Source: Rhodospirillaceae bacterium
Lineage (GTDB): Bacteria > Pseudomonadota > Alphaproteobacteria > Reyranellales > Reyranellaceae
Direction of reading: 5' to 3'
Assembly (NCBI GenBank): GCA_009772935.1
Contig: WOUR01000015.1
Span: 36,970-100,969 of the forward strand
DNA length: 64,000 nt
A program made the translations under genes and the position numbers. A model generated the notes under the pieces. It made no database searches and had not been told where the DNA came from. It was given only the letters and a program-made list of their open reading frames with translations. Shown here one piece after another: positions 59,564-64,000 of the stretch (its first letter is position 1; each line of letters opens with the position of its first letter).

Positions 59564-60810
59564 TGCCGCGGCGGCGGCTTCTCCAGGTGACTCCGGTCAT
59601 GCCGGCTCCCACCGGCGGCGGCCTCGCGATGCGTGCGGCCTCGACGCTGAAGGCCCTGTCGCGTCATTTCGATGTCGACCTGCTCGTCGTGCCGGTCGCC
59701 GGCGCGGCCACGATACCCTCGGATTTCGTTCTCCGGCATGCGGCGACGGTCCAGTGCCTGGACCTGGAGGGCCATCTGGATCCGCACTTCGCCCTGATCG
59801 CCCGCCTGAAGGATCCCGCGCATCGGGAGCAGGCCCTGCGCGCCTATCCCAAGCCCCATCTCAGCCGCTACTGCACCGGCGACGGCGCCCGGTACCTCTA
59901 CCAGTGGCGCGACCGGCGAGCGGTCGCGGCCATACACGTCATGCGTCTCTACCTGGCGCCCTTCGCCGACCTGTTCCTGCGTCTCCCGGACGGCGAACGG
60001 CCGCTCTGCGTCCTCGATCTCGATGACGACGAGCCCCTGACGCGACGCCGCCTGGCCGATCTCCACCTCAGGCGGGGCGACCGCGAGAGCGCCGAACGGG
60101 AACAGAGCGAGCTGCGGAAATACGCCGCCTTCGCCGCTCGGTACCTGCCGGCCTTCGATCGTGTCACGGTCTGCTCCACCACCGACGCGGATCGCCTGGC
60201 CCGGCAGCACACTCGCGCGCGCTTCGCGGTCGTGCCGAACGGCTATGACATGGAGAAGGTGAACCGGCCTACGCCGTCGGCGTCCGGCCCGCTTCGCCTG
60301 CTGTTCGTCGGCACCCTCGACTACTTTCCCAACAGCGACGCCGCGCGCTTCCTCTGCACAGACGTTGGCGAGGCGCTGCACCGCCTTTCGGACCGTGAAA
60401 TGGAGATCGACATCGTCGGCAGCGGCGGCGACGGACTGGCCGGCGACCTCGACGACAGCGGCGCGCGTGTCCACGGTTATGTGCCGAGCGTCACCCCTTT
60501 CTACGCGGCAGCAGACGTCGCCATCATCCCGATTCGTGCCGGCGGCGGCACGCGCATCAAGATCCTGGAAGCGTTCGCCCATCGCGTCCCCGTCGTCAGC
60601 ACGACGATCGGCGCGGAAGGGCTCGACGCGATCGACGGCCAGCACCTGCTTGTCGGCGACGATGCCGAAAGCCTTGCCCGCGCCTGCCTTCGGGTGAAAT
60701 CGTCGCCGGCACTTGCCCACTCCCTTGCGGAGCAGGCCGCGGCCCTGTGCTCGGCGTCGCATGGCGCGGCTGCCATCGAGAAGGCGATCGGCGACGTCTA
60801 TCGCCTGTAG
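59563..60810 (+). CDS. GT4 glycosyltransferase
   Basis: VVPNG, LFVGTLDYFPN.DA, GGGTRIKILEAFA..VPVVST.IGAEG; 1-nt overlap with the upstream stop. Confidence 0.92.
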   Translation: MPRRRLLQVTPVMPAPTGGGLAMRAASTLKALSRHFDVDLLVVPVAGAATIPSDFVLRHAATVQCLDLEGHLDPHFALIARLKDPAHREQALRAYPKPHLSRYCTGDGARYLYQWRDRRAVAAIHVMRLYLAPFADLFLRLPDGERPLCVLDLDDDEPLTRRRLADLHLRRGDRESAEREQSELRKYAAFAARYLPAFDRVTVCSTTDADRLARQHTRARFAVVPNGYDMEKVNRPTPSASGPLRLLFVGTLDYFPNSDAARFLCTDVGEALHRLSDREMEIDIVGSGGDGLAGDLDDSGARVHGYVPSVTPFYAAADVAIIPIRAGGGTRIKILEAFAHRVPVVSTTIGAEGLDAIDGQHLLVGDDAESLARACLRVKSSPALAHSLAEQAAALCSASHGAAAIEKAIGDVYRL

Positions 60811-60820
60811 CGACGCGGAG

Positions 60821-61990
60821 TCAGTCCCGGCAGGACCACTCCAGCATGCGCTTCATGAAGGCCTCGCCCGCCTCGACCTGGGAGGCGAGGATGAATTCGT
60901 TGGGCTGGTGCGCCTGGGCGATGTCGCCGGGACCGCAGACCACGGTCGGGACGCCCAGCACCTTGCGGAAGATGCCGGCCTCGGTTGCATAGACCACGGC
61001 GCCGACGGTGTTGGAGCCAGACCAGCTTCCCGCCAGCGCCTTGGCGTCGTCGTTGCCCTCGGGCGAGAAGGCCGGCGTCGAGGCGCGCAGTTCGGTCTCG
61101 ATGCCGGCCGCCGGGTGCTTGGCCTTCATCCTGGGCAGCAGCTCTTCCTTCAGCCACTTCTTGGCGCGCTCGCCCAACTCCTCGATCGGGCGGGTCGGCA
61201 GCTCCCGGTAGCCCCACAGGACCTCGCACTCGCGCGCCAGGATGTTGCCGGCGGTGCCACCGATGATGGTGCCGACGTTGAAGGTCGCGGCGGCCGGCAT
61301 GAACTCGCTGTCCTTGGGCGCCGCGGCCTCGAGTTCCTCCTGCACCGTATTGAGGTAGTGGATGAACTCGCCGGCGAAATGGATGGCGCTGACCCCGAGA
61401 TGGGTCATCGAGGAATGGGCCTCAAAACCGGTGAACTTGGTGACGTAGCTCTGGCTGCCCTTGTGGGCGTGCACCACCGTCATCATGGTCGGCTCGCCGA
61501 TGATGATGACCCGCGGCTTCGGCACTTCGCTCGCCATGCGGGCGGCCAGCGAATGCGCACCGAAGCAGCCGATCTCCTCGTCATAGGAGAGCGCGAAGTG
61601 GATCGGCTTCTTGAGCGGCGCCTTCTGGAACTCCGGCAGCATCGCGAGGCCGATCGCATAGAACGCCTTCATGTCGCAGGTGCCGCGGCCGTAATACTTG
61701 CCGTCCTTGAGCGTGAGCGTCCACGGGTCGGTGACCCAGGGCTGGCCGTCGACCGGCACGACGTCCGTATGGCCCGACAGCACGACGCCGCCCGGGACGT
61801 TGGGACCGACCGTCGCGAAGAGATTGGCCTTCGAGCCGTCCTCGTTGGGCACCAGCTTCGACTCGACGCCGTGGCCTTTCAGGTAGGCCTGCACGTACTC
61901 GATCAAGGCGAGGTTGGAATTACGCGAGGTGGTGTCGAAGGCCACGAGCCTGCGCAGCATTTCGATGGAATTGACGGTCTCTCCGGCCAT
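60821..61990 (-). CDS. argE: acetylornithine deacetylase (M20)
   Basis: LSGHTDVVP, YGRGTCDMK, SYDEEIGC, IGEPT, GHSS-equivalent AHSS, EAG, AHQPNE. Confidence 0.92.
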   Translation of the reverse strand: MAGETVNSIEMLRRLVAFDTTSRNSNLALIEYVQAYLKGHGVESKLVPNEDGSKANLFATVGPNVPGGVVLSGHTDVVPVDGQPWVTDPWTLTLKDGKYYGRGTCDMKAFYAIGLAMLPEFQKAPLKKPIHFALSYDEEIGCFGAHSLAARMASEVPKPRVIIIGEPTMMTVVHAHKGSQSYVTKFTGFEAHSSMTHLGVSAIHFAGEFIHYLNTVQEELEAAAPKDSEFMPAAATFNVGTIIGGTAGNILARECEVLWGYRELPTRPIEELGERAKKWLKEELLPRMKAKHPAAGIETELRASTPAFSPEGNDDAKALAGSWSGSNTVGAVVYATEAGIFRKVLGVPTVVCGPGDIAQAHQPNEFILASQVEAGEAFMKRMLEWSCRD

Positions 61991-62043
61991 GATGTCCCTT
62001 GTTCACTCTGTTCCGACCTCACCTCTGACGGATGAGGTAGACG

Positions 62044-62670
62044 CTAAATCGACGATCGACCGATCATGCTCAGGAATTCGCGCCGTGTCTCGCCATTGTC
62101 GCGGAAAGCCCCCAGCATGCGGCTGGTGACCATGGTCACGTCCGACTTGTGAACGCCGCGCGTGGTCATGCACTGGTGCGCCGCCTCGATGACCACGGCG
62201 ACGCCGCGCGGCTGCAGCACCTCCTGCAGCGTATTGGCGATCTGCGCCGTGAGCTTCTCCTGGATCTGCAGGCGGTGGCCGAAGGCATCGACCACGCGGG
62301 CGAGCTTGCTGATGCCGACGACGCGCTTGTCCGGCAGGTAGCCGACATGGACCCTGCCGATGATCGGCACCATGTGATGCTCGCAGTGCGATTCCAGGCG
62401 AATGTCGCGCAGCGCCACGACCTCGTCGTAGCCCTCGACCTCCTCGAAAGTGCGTTGCAGCATGTCGCGCGGATCCTGGTCGTAGCCGGCAAAGAACTCC
62501 TCGTAGGAGCGCACGACCCGGTCGGGCGTGCCGGCTAGGCCTTCGCGACCGGGATCGTCGCCCGCCCACCGGATCAGCGTGCGGACGGCCGCCTCGGCCT
62601 CTTCGCGCGAGGGCCGGGACAGGCCGGTGGCGAGCGAAACGACCTCGCGCGGCTTCGCCATCTTGTTCAT
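62044..62670 (-). CDS. folE: GTP cyclohydrolase I
   Basis: TPDRV, SHCEHH, GISKLAR, RLQIQE, HQCM..RGV. Confidence 0.96.
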   Translation of the reverse strand: MNKMAKPREVVSLATGLSRPSREEAEAAVRTLIRWAGDDPGREGLAGTPDRVVRSYEEFFAGYDQDPRDMLQRTFEEVEGYDEVVALRDIRLESHCEHHMVPIIGRVHVGYLPDKRVVGISKLARVVDAFGHRLQIQEKLTAQIANTLQEVLQPRGVAVVIEAAHQCMTTRGVHKSDVTMVTSRMLGAFRDNGETRREFLSMIGRSSI

Positions 62671-62696
62671 CTTCTTACTCCCTTGATCCGGGCGGC

Positions 62697-63089
62697 CTAG
62701 TTGAGGCTGCGCTGCACCGTCGGCGTGTCGAGCGAAAAGGTCGGAATCTCGATGTCGAACTTCACGCCCGCCTCGTCCACCATCTGATACGTGCCGCCCA
62801 TGATGCCGGATGGCGTGGAAAGTGGCGTCCCGGAAGTATACTCGAACACCTCGCCCGGGCGCAGCAGGGGCGTCTTGCCGACGACGCCCGGTCCCTTCAC
62901 CTCCTGCACCCGGCCGAGACCGTCGGTGATCTTCCAGTGCCGGCTGCGCAACTGCACCGCGACATTGCCCCTGTTCTCGATGCGCACCGTATAGGCCCAC
63001 ACGAATTGTGACTTTTCGGGCTCCGACTGGTCCGGCAGATATTGCGGCTGCACCGTCACCTGGATGGCACGGGTTGTGGCTTTGTACAT
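62697..63089 (-). CDS. apaG: ApaG (Co2+/Mg2+ efflux-associated) protein
   Basis: [44 protein letters not shown]. Confidence 0.96.
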   Translation of the reverse strand: MYKATTRAIQVTVQPQYLPDQSEPEKSQFVWAYTVRIENRGNVAVQLRSRHWKITDGLGRVQEVKGPGVVGKTPLLRPGEVFEYTSGTPLSTPSGIMGGTYQMVDEAGVKFDIEIPTFSLDTPTVQRSLN

Positions 63090-63150
63090 GCGCGAGTGAA
63101 TTCCTTCCGGTCCCTGACATGGGAGTTTCAGGCCGAAAGGTCAAACCCGA

Positions 63151-64000
63151 CTAAAGCCACCGCGGATCGGCGGTGAAGTCGATCGTGAGCCAGCGGTGCG
63201 GGCTTTCGCCACCGATCGCCTCCGCGATCTCGCGCCGGATGGCATCGGCCTCACCCACGCTGTCGATCGGACTCTCGGGCGGCACGACGACATGGATCTC
63301 GATGAACTGGGCGCGGCCGACCTTCGCCACGTAGCTGGTGTAGGTCTTGAAGCCATGCCGCGCGATCACCTCGTCCAGAACCTGCCGGACCTGGGCATCG
63401 AGTTCGGGCGGCGTGATCAGCAGGATTTCGGTCAGCGCCCGGCGCACTGTGTGAATCGGCACAAAGACGAGGAAGAGGGAAAGCACCGCCAGGATGAGCG
63501 GATCGGCATAGGGAGTGAGATGGGCGTAACGGGTACCTTCGAGGGTCCACGCGACTGCGAACGCCAGCAGCAGCGCCGAGGTGATGGCGGCTGACATCAG
63601 CCAGCTCTGCACATCGAGGCGCACGAAATCCGACCCGATCTGCCGATTGCGGTGCCGGGCGTAAAAGAACATGCCAAACGCCACGACGCCGACGGCGGCG
63701 GCATAGGCCATCGCCCAGTCGAAATCCAGCCGGCGCCCGCCGTCCAGGAAGCTGCCCGATGCGTTCAGGAAGGCATAGAAGCAGAGCAGCATCAGCGTGC
63801 CGCCGTTGAAGGCCAGCACCATGGGCTCGATGTGCCAGTAGCCGAACTGGAAGCGCCGATTGTCGACCACCCGGCTGACCAGGCGCGACACGAGCAGGGC
63901 GAGGCCGGACATGGCTGCGTCGATCGCTGAGAACACGCCGTCGAACACGATCGACATTGACCCCGACAGCAGACCGAATAGGACACCGACCGCCGCCACC
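63151..64000 (-). CDS. cation diffusion facilitator family transporter (5' end beyond window)
   Basis: SMSIVFDG..S..D, RRFQFGY..IEP, ADP, FIEIHVVV. Confidence 0.85.
   Translation of the reverse strand, partial: VAAVGVLFGLLSGSMSIVFDGVFSAIDAAMSGLALLVSRLVSRVVDNRRFQFGYWHIEPMVLAFNGGTLMLLCFYAFLNASGSFLDGGRRLDFDWAMAYAAAVGVVAFGMFFYARHRNRQIGSDFVRLDVQSWLMSAAITSALLLAFAVAWTLEGTRYAHLTPYADPLILAVLSLFLVFVPIHTVRRALTEILLITPPELDAQVRQVLDEVIARHGFKTYTSYVAKVGRAQFIEIHVVVPPESPIDSVGEADAIRREIAEAIGGESPHRWLTIDFTADPRWL

Noticed and set aside
47107-60810. Genomic island or mobile element
   Set aside because: The content looks accessory, but I saw no integrase, transposase, tRNA or flanking direct repeats. I could not compute GC or codon bias, so it is not called.

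Overview
High-GC bacterial chromosome segment. Gene content and intergenic palindromes suggest an alphaproteobacterium (Reyranella/Rhizobiales-like; inference). Most of the window is transport and catabolism: an Opp/Dpp ABC operon, a sugar ABC operon, a nucleoside uptake/salvage operon, Bug/TctC receptors, MFS transporters and hydrolases, plus dps, argE, folE and apaG. I saw no rRNA, tRNA, CRISPR array, integrase or transposase. Two things stand out. (1) 54687-60810 is a compact divergent locus. Its left arm encodes a stand-alone PqqD/RRE protein, an HPr-kinase-like P-loop protein, a ~90-aa twin-arginine-leader peptide and a GT2-TPR glycosyltransferase. Its right arm encodes GT71 (Mnn1/Mnn2-like), GT62 (Anp1/Mnn9-like) and GT4 glycosyltransferases. 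This is a candidate undescribed glyco/phospho-RiPP or peptide-glycosylation system using two families best known from fungal mannan synthesis. (2) 1246-1773 is a UGSC-type selenoprotein that the ORF track splits at an in-frame UGA; a SECIS-like hairpin follows 12 nt later. Also notable: a PHYHD1-like dioxygenase inside the nucleoside operon, an autotransporter with an apparently duplicated passenger domain, and a small secreted protein with elastin-like repeats. All product calls come from motif recognition by eye; no database searches were run.
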